Part shown: positions 19,000 to 28,605 of the stretch, one piece after another
How the letters are laid out: the number at the start of each line of letters is the position of its first letter
Numbering within the stretch: position 1 is the first letter of the stretch
Source of the DNA: Bacteroidota bacterium
GTDB taxonomy: Bacteria; Bacteroidota; Bacteroidia; 2-12-FULL-35-15
Assembly: GCA_025963715.1 (NCBI GenBank)
Contig: JAOQAG010000024.1
Location: 1,155-65,154, forward strand
DNA: 64,000 bases
Direction: 5' to 3'
The notes under the pieces: model-generated
The model's input: the letters and a program-made list of their open reading frames with translations, nothing else
What the model was told of the DNA's origin: nothing
Databases searched by the model: none
Position numbers and translations under genes: made by a program

Positions 19000-20859
19000 T
19001 TATTCGTTATTCGATGATAACATTTCCACGATCTTATTCTTAATCTCTACTGAAGAAAACGGCAGTCCCTGCACCTTATTCAAGCCTTTAGCATCCACTA
19101 AATATTTATCACGGATGATTTTAATTAATTGTCCGCTGTTGATTTCCGGCATCAATACTTTATCAAAGCCTTTGATTAATTCACCTAAATTTTTCGGCAG
19201 CGGGTTCAGGTATTTCACATGCGCATGCGATACATCGTACCCTTCCGCGATGGCATCCTTCACAGCTGTTTTGATAGATCCGTATGTTCCGCCCCAGCCG
19301 ATCACCAATAACTTTCCTTTTGCATTTCCATTATCAATGGTTTGTAACGGCACGTACTCTGCAATCCTATCCACTTTTGCCTGGCGTAATTTTACCATCA
19401 GCTCGTGGTTTTCCGGATCGTAGGAAATATTCCCGGTCTCATTTTCTTTTTCAATCCCTCCTACTCTGTGCTCCAATCCTTTTGTTCCCGGGATGGCCCA
19501 TTCGCGCGCCAGTTTTTCGTTGCGTTTATACGGAAGGAATTTTTCTCCTTCTTTCAGATTATTTTTTGCAAAAGCCACTTTTATTTCAGGAAGATCTGCA
19601 GCAGCCGGGAATTTCCAGGGCTCAGCTCCGTTGGCAATGTATCCGTCACTTAAAAAGAAAACCGGCGTCATAAATTCAATTGCCAAACGGCAGGCTTCAA
19701 ACGCGGTATCAAAACAATCGCTGGGCGAATATGCTGCAATCACCGGCACAGGCGCTTCTCCGTTTCTTCCGTAGATCGCCTGCATCAGATCCGCTTGTTC
19801 TGTTTTTGTTGGCAAACCGGTACTTGGCCCGCCACGCTGCACATTCACGATTACCAGCGGCAATTCCAGCATCAGCGCCAAACCGATGGCTTCGCCTTTG
19901 AGCGCAATACCGGGGCCGGACGATGCCGTAATTCCCAATGATCCGCCAAAAGACGCACCTATAGCGGAAGTAACAGCTGCGATCTCATCTTCGGCCTGGA
20001 ATGTTTTTACGCCGAAATTTTTATGTTTTGATAATTCATGTAAAATATCCGAAGCCGGTGTGATCGGGTATGTCCCGTAAAATAAGGTTAAACCGGCTTT
20101 TTGCGTTGCCGCGATCAATCCCAGTGCTGCTGCCTGGTTACCCATGATGCTGCGGTAGGTTCCTTTGGAAACCGGCGCGGGTTTTACTTCGTAGCGGTTC
20201 ATCGGTGTTTCCACCGTATCGCCGTAGTTGTAACCGGCTTTTAATACTTTAATATTGGCATCGATCAGGTCCGGACGCTTTTTAAACTGTTCTTTCAAAA
20301 ACTCGATCGAGTTATCGAGGGAACGGTTGTACATCCAGTAAATGTAACCGAGCACAAACATATTTTTGGAACGGTCCATTTCCTTTGTTCCCAGGCCGGA
20401 ACCTTCCAGTGCCGTGCGCGTGATCCTGGTCACATCGATCTCGTATACCTTGTATTTATCAAGTGAGCTGTCCTTTAAGGGATTTACGCCCTCGGGATAT
20501 TTTGCCAGCTTTAGATTTTTTGCATCAAATCCATCGGTATTGGCGATGATGATGCCGCCCGGTTTTAATTGTTTTAAATTCGCTTTCAAAGCAGCGCCGT
20601 TCATTACCACCAGCACATCGGCTGCATCACCGGCAGTAAAGATCTCTTCACTTCCAAAATGCAGCTGAAACCCGGATACACCGGCAATGGTGCCTTGCGG
20701 AGCGCGGATCTCGGCCGGAAAGTTAGGGAATGTGCTGATATCGTTTCCATACAATGCCGCCGTAGTGGTAAACTGCGAACCGGTTAACTGGATCCCGTCG
20801 CCGGAATCACCGGCAAAAAGTATGACCACATTGTTTTTAATTTCTGTTGTTGAGCTCAT
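19000..20859 (-). CDS. korA: 2-oxoglutarate/2-oxoacid:ferredoxin oxidoreductase, alpha subunit
   Basis: 619 aa alpha/gamma fusion typical of KorA ([13 protein letters not shown]...). Confidence 0.9.
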   Translation of the reverse strand: MSSTTEIKNNVVILFAGDSGDGIQLTGSQFTTTAALYGNDISTFPNFPAEIRAPQGTIAGVSGFQLHFGSEEIFTAGDAADVLVVMNGAALKANLKQLKPGGIIIANTDGFDAKNLKLAKYPEGVNPLKDSSLDKYKVYEIDVTRITRTALEGSGLGTKEMDRSKNMFVLGYIYWMYNRSLDNSIEFLKEQFKKRPDLIDANIKVLKAGYNYGDTVETPMNRYEVKPAPVSKGTYRSIMGNQAAALGLIAATQKAGLTLFYGTYPITPASDILHELSKHKNFGVKTFQAEDEIAAVTSAIGASFGGSLGITASSGPGIALKGEAIGLALMLELPLVIVNVQRGGPSTGLPTKTEQADLMQAIYGRNGEAPVPVIAAYSPSDCFDTAFEACRLAIEFMTPVFFLSDGYIANGAEPWKFPAAADLPEIKVAFAKNNLKEGEKFLPYKRNEKLAREWAIPGTKGLEHRVGGIEKENETGNISYDPENHELMVKLRQAKVDRIAEYVPLQTIDNGNAKGKLLVIGWGGTYGSIKTAVKDAIAEGYDVSHAHVKYLNPLPKNLGELIKGFDKVLMPEINSGQLIKIIRDKYLVDAKGLNKVQGLPFSSVEIKNKIVEMLSSNNE

Positions 20860-21164
20860 CGTTTTTCAGAACCAAAAAAATCAGGGTCGTAGCCCGATTC
20901 AGATGGATTATTTTTATTCAAAGTTAGCGGATAACAAAAAAGGTTTTTCCTGTATGGGAAAAACCTTTTAAATACTGTTTGTTAATATAATTAAAAGCAA
21001 TCCCCGCAAGTACAAAACTTACAACACATGCATGCCATTTTTGTTGTATTTAAAGCGGATTGGTTCATAAATGTCTTTAAAATCGGGTACAAATGTACGT
21101 AATTATAATGTGATTCGGATAATAAAATTTGATTTGTGTACATAAAAATGTTTAATTTGTTGTT

Positions 21165-22400
21165 ATGAAGAAACTAACCCTTTTTGTAGTTGCCATTATC
21201 TTAAGTACAGCAATTGGTGTTGCAGGCGGATTCCAGATCAACCTGCAGGGCCAGAAACAAACAGGCATGGGCCATACCGGTACAGGGCTGCTGCTGGATA
21301 ACGCCAGTATTTTGTTTAACCCGGGTGCAGTTTCTTTTCTTGATTCCCTGCGCGGGGTTTCAGCAGGCGGAAGCTTCATTTTTCCGCGTACCACTTACCT
21401 GGAGCCTTATCCGGGCGTGTACACGGCTAACATCGAAAAGCACATCGGGACACCGGTAACGTTATACGCGGTTTTTAAGTTCAAAAAAACAGCAAAATGG
21501 AACCTTGGATTGGGCATTTATACACCTTTCGGGAGTAAATTGCAGTGGGCCGACGACTGGAAAGGCCAGTTCCTGATCCGCGAGATCAACCTCGAAACAT
21601 TTTTTATTCAGCCCACAGCTTCTTTTAAATTAAACGATAAATGGGGGCTTGGCGTAGGATTTATTTATGCAACAGGCAATTTCAGCCTTCGCAAAGGCAT
21701 TCCGATCCAGGATTCGACCGGCAAATACGGCGAAGGGAATCTGGAAGGAAAAGCCAGCGGCTATGGCTACAATGCGGGGATCTATTTTAAGCCAAATGCA
21801 AAATTTTCCTTCGGACTGGATTACCGCTCGCAGGTAAATGTAAAAGTAACCGGGGGAAGCGCAGAGTTTACTGTTCCGGCTTCCGTTGCTCAATATTTTC
21901 CAACCACCACTTTTTCCACGCATTTAAATTTGCCGCAAACCATTTCCTTTGGAATGGGCTATGTGGTAAATCCTAAAATGACGCTGGCGCTGGATGTGAA
22001 TTTTGTAGGCTGGAAATCTTACGATTCGCTGATCATTGATTTTAAAGATAATACCGACAATCTTAAAGATATTCACTCGGCACGCATGTACCAGAACACG
22101 TTTATTTACCGTTTGGGAATGCAGTATAAATTAAGCTCCAAATGGACCGGCAGATTAGGTGCTTACTTTGATGCAACACCTGTAAAAGCAGGCTATTTTA
22201 CGCCGGAAACACCCGACGAGAACAAGATCGGGGTAACCGCAGGAGCAACATTTAACATCACCAAACTGATCCATTTTGATATGTCGCTGCTGTACATTGA
22301 AGGATTAACACGCACGGATACCAACATTGAAACCGGTTTTGGCGGAACGTACAAATCAAAAGCGGTAATACCGGGCGTTGGTTTGGAGTGGATGTTTTGA
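21165..22400 (+). CDS. outer-membrane transport protein, OMPP1/FadL/TodX family
   Basis: Signal peptide, N-terminal hatch with NPG/NPA-type motif (ILFNPGAVSFLD), alternating beta-strand pattern and an aromatic C-terminus (LEWMF). Confidence 0.65.
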   Translation: MKKLTLFVVAIILSTAIGVAGGFQINLQGQKQTGMGHTGTGLLLDNASILFNPGAVSFLDSLRGVSAGGSFIFPRTTYLEPYPGVYTANIEKHIGTPVTLYAVFKFKKTAKWNLGLGIYTPFGSKLQWADDWKGQFLIREINLETFFIQPTASFKLNDKWGLGVGFIYATGNFSLRKGIPIQDSTGKYGEGNLEGKASGYGYNAGIYFKPNAKFSFGLDYRSQVNVKVTGGSAEFTVPASVAQYFPTTTFSTHLNLPQTISFGMGYVVNPKMTLALDVNFVGWKSYDSLIIDFKDNTDNLKDIHSARMYQNTFIYRLGMQYKLSSKWTGRLGAYFDATPVKAGYFTPETPDENKIGVTAGATFNITKLIHFDMSLLYIEGLTRTDTNIETGFGGTYKSKAVIPGVGLEWMF

Positions 22401-22440
22401 TACGAATAACGAATAAATAACGAAAAACGAATCTGTGTGT

Positions 22441-22487
22441 AGACCTCTCCCCTTCATCCCCTCTCCACAAGAGAGGGGGCAACACCC
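22441..22487. repeat. REP-like element, family A
   Basis: agacctctccccttcatcccctctccacaagagagggggcaacaccc. Confidence 0.8.
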
Positions 22488-22529
22488 GAACTGTGTGTGC
22501 TAAAACCGAAGTGAAATCATAAATTTTTA

Positions 22530-22572
22530 CTGTCATCCCGGGCTTGACCCGGGATCTCATAAATGTTCGCAG
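22530..22572. repeat. REP-like element, family B
   Basis: ctgtcatcccgggcttgacccgggatctcataaatgttcgcag. Confidence 0.7.
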
Positions 22573-22841
22573 AAATGAATTTTACGAATCTGTGTTTGTT
22601 AAGAGATTGGTTTTGTCTGTTTCTCGACTCCACTCGAAATTAGAATTATACCCCGCACCATTTATAATTCAACATTTATAATTTATAATTTTACCCCCTG
22701 TACCATTTATAATCCATAATTTATAATTCCCTAAAAAATTTCTTTAAATGATTTTTAAATAAGTGCCGGTAATTTTTAATCTCCCTATAATTGTGTACTT
22801 TTAGCATACCCCTTAACTAATTTAATTTTATAAAATAAAAG

Positions 22842-24149
22842 ATGAAGAAAATTTACAAATCCCTTTTTGCAGGTGTTCTGGTGCTGGGTTCGGCAGCCGC
22901 AACAAATGCACAGTGCTTTGGCGGACGCTATCACAACTTTGTGTTTGCAGGCAGCACTGTTACTTCCAACGTACAATACGGAAGTAATTTAAAATACAAC
23001 AACACCAATCAAAACCTGATGATGGATGTCTATCAGCCTACAGGCGATGTATCCACCAGCCGTCCGCTGATCATTGTGGCACACGGCGGAAGTTTTGTGG
23101 GTGGCAGCAAAACAGGGACCGATGTGGTTCCTTTGTGCCAGGATTTTGCAAAGCTTGGTTATGTAGCGGTTTCCATCGAGTACCGTGTGGGAATGACGCA
23201 CTTTCCGGTGGGCGGGCCTCCTGACTCTGCTGATGCAGGTGCTGCGGTAATGCGTGCTGTGCATGATGGCCGCGCGGCTGTTCGTTATTTCAGACAAAAT
23301 GCTGCTACCGGTGGTAACACCTACAAAATTGACACAAACAATATTTACTTTGCAGGTGTTTCTGCAGGTGGTTTTATTGCGCTGCACATGGCATACATGG
23401 ATCAGTTGTCGGAATTCCCTAGTTATGTAGATACTACCGGGCAATATGGTTTGCATGGCGGTATTGAAGGATTGAGCGGAAATCCGGGTTATTCTTCAAA
23501 GATCAAATCGATCGTGAATATTTGCGGCGCTTTGGGCGATACGGCCTGGATGCACCACGGCGATATTCCTGTATTGAGCCTGCACGGAAATATGGACAAT
23601 ACTGTTCCTTACGGATCAAACACTATTTATTTATTAGGAGCATATCCGATCCTTGTAGTGGATGGCAGTTCCTCTGTTGCAGCAAGAGCTGACCAGGTAG
23701 GAATTGAAAATTGCTTTAAAACATATTACGGCCAGGATCACGTTCCGGAAGTAGGTACATCTGCAAACAACATTGCATGTTATGATACAACCATTGTTTT
23801 TGCGCGTAACTTCCTGGAGCATCAAACCTGTGGCGTGCCGCTGGTATGTACTTACAACGGGCCGGTTGCCTCTATTGCACTGGGCGTGGATGAAGCCAGC
23901 ATGAGCAGCGATCAGCTGGTAATCTATCCAAACCCGGCAAGCACTTCACTTACTGTTGACCTTTCTGCATTTACAACATCGGTAAAAATTGATGTGTATG
24001 ATGCACTTGGTAAAAAAGTGATGAATTTTACAAGTGTGAAAAATGATAAGTTTGTGGTAAACCGCGGAGGCCTTAAAAATGGCATTTACCTGGTAACGGT
24101 TACTGCTGCCGACGGACAGCGTTACAGTAAACGTGTGATATTGGAATAA
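22842..24149 (+). CDS. alpha/beta-hydrolase-fold esterase/lipase with T9SS type-A C-terminal sorting domain
   Basis: Oxyanion HGGSF, nucleophile elbow GVSAGG, signal peptide. The C-terminal ~80 aa (VIYPNPASTSLTV...GIYLVTV) are a Por/T9SS CTD. Confidence 0.75.
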   Translation: MKKIYKSLFAGVLVLGSAAATNAQCFGGRYHNFVFAGSTVTSNVQYGSNLKYNNTNQNLMMDVYQPTGDVSTSRPLIIVAHGGSFVGGSKTGTDVVPLCQDFAKLGYVAVSIEYRVGMTHFPVGGPPDSADAGAAVMRAVHDGRAAVRYFRQNAATGGNTYKIDTNNIYFAGVSAGGFIALHMAYMDQLSEFPSYVDTTGQYGLHGGIEGLSGNPGYSSKIKSIVNICGALGDTAWMHHGDIPVLSLHGNMDNTVPYGSNTIYLLGAYPILVVDGSSSVAARADQVGIENCFKTYYGQDHVPEVGTSANNIACYDTTIVFARNFLEHQTCGVPLVCTYNGPVASIALGVDEASMSSDQLVIYPNPASTSLTVDLSAFTTSVKIDVYDALGKKVMNFTSVKNDKFVVNRGGLKNGIYLVTVTAADGQRYSKRVILE

Positions 24150-24173
24150 GCATTTAAGCATGATTATAAATTA

Positions 24174-24211
24174 AAACGCTCCGGGGATTATTTTCCGGAG
24201 CGTTTTTTTTG
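24174..24211 (+). terminator. rho-independent terminator (aaaacgctccgg...ccggagcgtttttttt)
   Basis: Perfect hairpin plus T8, 25 bp after the esterase stop. Confidence 0.85.
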
Positions 24212-24336
24212 TTGGTGTTTAACCGCAGAGAACGCTAAGGAGGCGCAGAGTTCGCGGAGGCTGGAATTAAAAATTAATTGAAATCGGAAAGTTTATACCA
24301 GGCTTATAACTATTTAATTGAAAAAACCTTAATTTG

Positions 24337-24431
24337 TGCGTCATTGCGAGGGCTTTTCGCCCGAAGCAATCTCATACCAGAATATAAACTAGAGTGAGAT
24401 TGCTTCGGGCGAAAAGCCCTCGCAATGACGT
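24337..24431. repeat. long near-perfect inverted repeat, family C (gcgtcattgcgagggcttttcgcccgaagcaatctca ... tgagattgcttcgggcgaaaagccctcgcaatgacg)
   Basis: ~37-bp arms with a ~20-bp loop. A second, near-identical copy lies at 36299-36393. A related element (ctccgctcgaaatgacag) lies at 54819-54907. Confidence 0.85.
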
Positions 24432-24487
24432 TCTTAAAATAATTTATTTTCATGGTGCAAAGTTTCGGATACTCACTAAAAATTAAA

Positions 24488-24582
24488 CCACATAAGGCAC
24501 AAAGAACACATAGGTTCTACATGTTAAGTACTACATTTTTACGCCTCGCCTTATGTGCTCTTTGTGCCTTATGTGGTAGAAA
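24488..24582. repeat. inverted repeat, family D (ccacataaggcacaaagaacacataagg ... ccttatgtgctctttgtgccttatgtgg)
   Basis: Single-arm copies at 35802-35835 and 57662-57695. Word-variants cactaag/cactgag at 57527-57640 and 57890-57912. Confidence 0.8.
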
Positions 24583-24639
24583 AAAATGCCGGATAATTAA
24601 AGATGTTGTTAGTACTCAAGGGTGGGGATCCCTATAAAT

Positions 24640-24935
24640 AAATGACAGGAGTCGGACACTGGCGCCGGTGATAATTTCACCTTGGTGCTACAGCCGCCTT
24701 CACTACTTCGTCTTTGTGATAGGAGAGTGATAAGATCACAATTTCCGCACGCACATTCATCTTTTTTTCTTTAATTGCCTGAGGGTCTTGAATGATGGGT
24801 TTTGAAACACCATAACCTTTTGTTTTGAGCCTGCCCGGATCAATTCCTTTTTTAATAAGATACTTTGCAATTGCAGCTGCGCGCCTTTGCGAAAGCTACA
24901 CCAGGGTAATCCACCCGTTCCGGCTCAACTCTTTT
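24640..24935 (-). pseudogene. remnant of an OmpA-family C-terminal (peptidoglycan-binding) domain, interrupted by stop(s)
   Basis: Minus-strand translation gives ...LSQRRAAAIAKYLIKKGIDPGRLKTKGYGVSKPIIQDPQAIKEKKMNVRAEIVILS..., an OmpA_C signature. It has an in-frame stop just upstream (...NGWITLV*) and no intact N-terminal part. Confidence 0.4.
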
Positions 24936-25084
24936 AAATGATATGTTTCCTGGTCTTTTTTCTCCACAAATTTCAAATGCTGAATGCGCGTTCAGATAGT
25001 ATAACACGGATTGGTAACAAAATGGGCGGAAAGCCCGGTGGATATGGACAAACAGGCTATAACAGGCTGTATTCGGACAGCCAG

Positions 25085-25795
25085 CTAGCCTTTATCAAAA
25101 TTATAATAGCTATAATCCTGCAGCACTGTATATAAAAACTGGGAAGGCGGCACATTGGTGGTAATCCCCATCGTATCTTTTGTTTTCATAAAAAGCTTAT
25201 CGATGGCTTCTGTGTTGTTGGTTTGTACGCTGATGCGCATTACCTCCTTAATAATAGCAACATCATTATCCGAAAGGCGCGACACTTCCGGGAATACAAC
25301 AGTATATTCGGGTTTTACTTTATTTAAGATCGTATCGCTCAGCTGCACCCGTTGTTTCATTTTTATAACAGTTGTACCGGCAGCAAGGTCGCCGAGGCGC
25401 TGCCCCTTGCCATTTACAACAATGGTAATGAGCGCTACTGATCCGGAAACGAGGCTGATATCAACGATCCGGAAAAGCCAGCGTAGCAGGTACCCGCCAA
25501 AGCCGGTGCGGGAACCGTCTATTTTTACTACTTTAATTTTAAGGATCATTTTGCCAAATGATCTTCCGTTAAAAAAGGTTTCGCAAAGCAGGTGATAAAA
25601 AGCGAGGGGCAAAAATAAAAGGAGGCCAAGCGGACCCCAGTGGCGTCCTATTACTCCAATTATAAACAAAGCGATAAGAGCGTAAGCAAAAAAGAATGAA
25701 TAATCTATTAAGGAAGCCAGGAGGCGATCTCCAACACTTGCAACTTCATATTCTATATCAACGTTTTGGGTAGTTTGTATGCGAATGTTATCCAT
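25085..25795 (-). CDS. RDD family membrane protein
   Basis: RLLASLIDYSFFFAYALIALFII...FNGRSFGKMILKIKVVKIDGS is the RDD-domain signature. Confidence 0.8.
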   Translation of the reverse strand: MDNIRIQTTQNVDIEYEVASVGDRLLASLIDYSFFFAYALIALFIIGVIGRHWGPLGLLLFLPLAFYHLLCETFFNGRSFGKMILKIKVVKIDGSRTGFGGYLLRWLFRIVDISLVSGSVALITIVVNGKGQRLGDLAAGTTVIKMKQRVQLSDTILNKVKPEYTVVFPEVSRLSDNDVAIIKEVMRISVQTNNTEAIDKLFMKTKDTMGITTNVPPSQFLYTVLQDYSYYNFDKG

Positions 25796-25941
25796 CTGAA
25801 AAAATGCTTCTGAAATTTTTAATCGTTCATAAAAATAACCATTTCAGGGAATTATCATGAATTATTTTTTGATGATTATTTTACTTAAATTTACAACGCT
25901 ATTTTTGGCTACTCATCAGGAAACTTACCGGGACAACAAAA

Positions 25942-26919
25942 TTGAAGGAAATTACATTTTTAAATCAAAATGTCAGCAAATGGCAACAGTTTGAAACACT
26001 GATCACCCGGAAAGGAGCTACGGATCCTGATCTGATGGCGGATCTGTTCATACAGCTTACCGACGATCTTTCCTACTCCAAAACACATTATCCGAAATCA
26101 AAAACCACGCAGTACTTAAATGCTATTGCGGCCAAAGTGCACCAGGAGATCTATAAAAACAAAAAGGAGAAAAAAAGCCGCATTGTTACCTTCTGGAAAT
26201 ACGAACTGCCTTTTATTTTCAAAAATTCACACAAACAACTGGGATATGCTGCGCTTATCTTTTTTATTGCGTTACTGATCGGCATTGTTTCCGCAGCTTA
26301 TGATGATACGTTTATACGGCTGATCCTGGGCGACGGTTATGTAAATCAAACCATTGAGAACATTAACAAAGGTGATCCGATGGCCATTTATAAAAGCGCC
26401 GGACAGGTAAATATGTTTTTTGGAATTACGATCAACAATATTTATGTTGCTTTTTTATGTTTTATTTTCGGGATCATCTTTTCGCTGGGAACGGGATATA
26501 TGTTATTTACGAATGGTGTAATGCTGGGCGCTTTTCAATATTTTTTCTATTCAAAAGGTTTATTAGCGCAATCCATGCTGGTGATCTGGATCCATGGCAC
26601 ACTGGAAATTTCGGCGATCATTATTGCGGGTTGTGCCGGGCTAACCATGGGAAACAGCTTTTTATTCCCGGGAACATATTCGCGCGGGGTATCGTTTATT
26701 AAAGGCGCCAAACAAGGGTTAAAAATTGCGATAGGCCTGGTTCCTGTATTTATTACTGCCGGATTTTTAGAGAGCTTTGTAACACGTTATACGCAAATGC
26801 CTGTCTGGCTAAGCTTATCGATCATCTTTACATCCTTATTTTTTATTATCTGGTACTTTATTATTTACCCGATCCGGTTAAATAAAAAGGCGCTTCCATC
26901 TGCAGACTTACACAATTAA
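25942..26919 (+). CDS. SpoIIM-like (DUF95) stage-II-sporulation-protein-M family membrane protein
   Basis: N-terminal soluble part plus 6 TM helices with the DUF95 pattern (FFIALLIGIVSAAYDD..., GTLEISAIIIAG). Confidence 0.7.
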   Translation: MKEITFLNQNVSKWQQFETLITRKGATDPDLMADLFIQLTDDLSYSKTHYPKSKTTQYLNAIAAKVHQEIYKNKKEKKSRIVTFWKYELPFIFKNSHKQLGYAALIFFIALLIGIVSAAYDDTFIRLILGDGYVNQTIENINKGDPMAIYKSAGQVNMFFGITINNIYVAFLCFIFGIIFSLGTGYMLFTNGVMLGAFQYFFYSKGLLAQSMLVIWIHGTLEISAIIIAGCAGLTMGNSFLFPGTYSRGVSFIKGAKQGLKIAIGLVPVFITAGFLESFVTRYTQMPVWLSLSIIFTSLFFIIWYFIIYPIRLNKKALPSADLHN

Positions 26920-26939
26920 AAAGTAAAATAACTAACCAC

Positions 26940-27893
26940 ATGAACCAGGAAAAGATCAATTATAGAGTAGCACGGGATTTTGGAGAAACATTTAATATTT
27001 CTATAAAATTCTTACGGCAGAATTTTAAATTATTTTTCCAATCGGTTGTTTTTATAGCCGGTCCGTTCTTATTATTAAGCGCTATTGCCAGCGCCTTTTA
27101 CCAGGCGGATGCACTAGCCCAGTTATCAACCGGCCGTGCAAATATATTTGCACAGTTCGGGACGATGTATTTTGTTTATTTAATTGCTGCATCTTTTTCC
27201 AATCTTGCACTTACAGGAACTGTTTTTGCATACATGCTGGTTTATTCGGAAAAAGGTCCGGGCAATTTTTCGGTAAACGATGTTGCCCGAAGATTATGGG
27301 CGAGTGCCGGTGGACTGATCATTGTATTTTTATTATTTACTTTTTTAATAGGACTTGCTGTGGGGTTCCTGGTGATTGTTTTTGCGGGTGTTATACAAAG
27401 CTCCCCGGTTTTGGCTGTTCTTTTAGGACTTTGTTTGTTTGTGGGAATGCTTCTGTTGATGCCACCTCTGATCTGGCAGTTAAGCGTTGTTTATCTTGTT
27501 AAAATGCAGGACAATGACATTCCTTTTGATGCATACGGCAAAACACGCCAGGTGATGAAAGGTAATTACTGGCGCACCTGGCTTCTTACCGTTTGTACAT
27601 TTCTTACCATAGGAATTGCATCTTTTGCATTTGCGATCCCACAGGCCGTTTACAGGTGGATCGTTATGTATACTGCCGCCAGGCAAGGCGGCAGCATGGG
27701 AGAAACGTCTGTCACTTTCCTGATCATTGTAACCCTTTGCACATTTGGCACTACACTTATTTATTCGGTGCTGTATGTTATTTCCGGTTTTCATTATTAC
27801 AGCCTTGCGGAGAAAAAAGACGGAGCGGGCTTGATGGAACGCATTAATGAGATCGGACAAAAGCCTGTAAACAATGTGGAACAGCAGTATTAA
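26940..27893 (+). CDS. polytopic membrane protein, unknown function
   Basis: About 6-7 hydrophobic helices. It is conserved in position between the SpoIIM-like and DUF4129 genes. No motif recognised. Confidence 0.55.
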   Translation: MNQEKINYRVARDFGETFNISIKFLRQNFKLFFQSVVFIAGPFLLLSAIASAFYQADALAQLSTGRANIFAQFGTMYFVYLIAASFSNLALTGTVFAYMLVYSEKGPGNFSVNDVARRLWASAGGLIIVFLLFTFLIGLAVGFLVIVFAGVIQSSPVLAVLLGLCLFVGMLLLMPPLIWQLSVVYLVKMQDNDIPFDAYGKTRQVMKGNYWRTWLLTVCTFLTIGIASFAFAIPQAVYRWIVMYTAARQGGSMGETSVTFLIIVTLCTFGTTLIYSVLYVISGFHYYSLAEKKDGAGLMERINEIGQKPVNNVEQQY

Positions 27894-28605
27894 AACTTTT
27901 TATTTTTTCATTTCCATCCTGTTATACATGTTTTTGTACAGCACAAGATCCTATTGTGCAACTGATCCTGTAAAAAAGATCGTGTATGATTCTTCCAAAG
28001 TGGAAGCCCGTTTTATTCCTGCGGAAAAGCAAAAGGAACTCCTGGATGACAGCGATTATAAATACGACCGGAACGGGCCGCAACCTGTTACTTTCTGGGA
28101 TCGTTTCTGGTCGTCGGTGCGAAAGCTTATCCGAAAAATGTTCAGGAGTAAAGGCGGTGTTGCTGGCGTTCACATCTTTGAATATGTGCTGATGGCAGCC
28201 GCTGTTGTATTGGTGGTGGTATTGTTATTAAAAAACAATGTGCGTGCATTGTTTTATGGAAAAAGCGCTCCCATTGCCATTGACTTTACGGAGCTTAAGG
28301 AAGACATTCACCAGATCAATTTTGATGAATTGATTGCCGAAGCCATTTCGAGAAAGGATTTTAGAAAAGCGATCCGCCTGCATTTTTTAAAATTACTGAA
28401 ACAACTCTCCGATAAAAATTTAATTGCCTGGCAGCTGGATAAAACCAACATCGATTATTCCGTCGAATTATCGAAAAGCCAATACAGCAGTAAGTTTAAA
28501 GAAATAACATTTTTGTACGAATACATCTGGTACGGCGATTTTCAGATAAATGAAACGAGCTACGGATCAATGGTATTAAAATTTAAAGAATTTAAAATTT
28601 CGTGA
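27874..28605 (+). CDS. DUF4129 domain protein (transglutaminase-like, membrane-anchored)
   Basis: TM helix VLMAAAVVLVVVLLL, then DFRKAIRLHFLKLLKQLSDKNLIAWQLDKTN...EYIWYGDF, which is DUF4129-like. It overlaps the previous gene by 20 nt, and the true start may be a downstream Met. Its stop overlaps the next gene's GTG start (GTGA). Confidence 0.65.
   Translation: MWNSSIKTFYFFISILLYMFLYSTRSYCATDPVKKIVYDSSKVEARFIPAEKQKELLDDSDYKYDRNGPQPVTFWDRFWSSVRKLIRKMFRSKGGVAGVHIFEYVLMAAAVVLVVVLLLKNNVRALFYGKSAPIAIDFTELKEDIHQINFDELIAEAISRKDFRKAIRLHFLKLLKQLSDKNLIAWQLDKTNIDYSVELSKSQYSSKFKEITFLYEYIWYGDFQINETSYGSMVLKFKEFKIS

Noticed and set aside
24938-25135. 65-aa plus-strand ORF
   Set aside because: It overlaps the OmpA remnant and the 3' end of the RDD gene on the other strand. 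No support.
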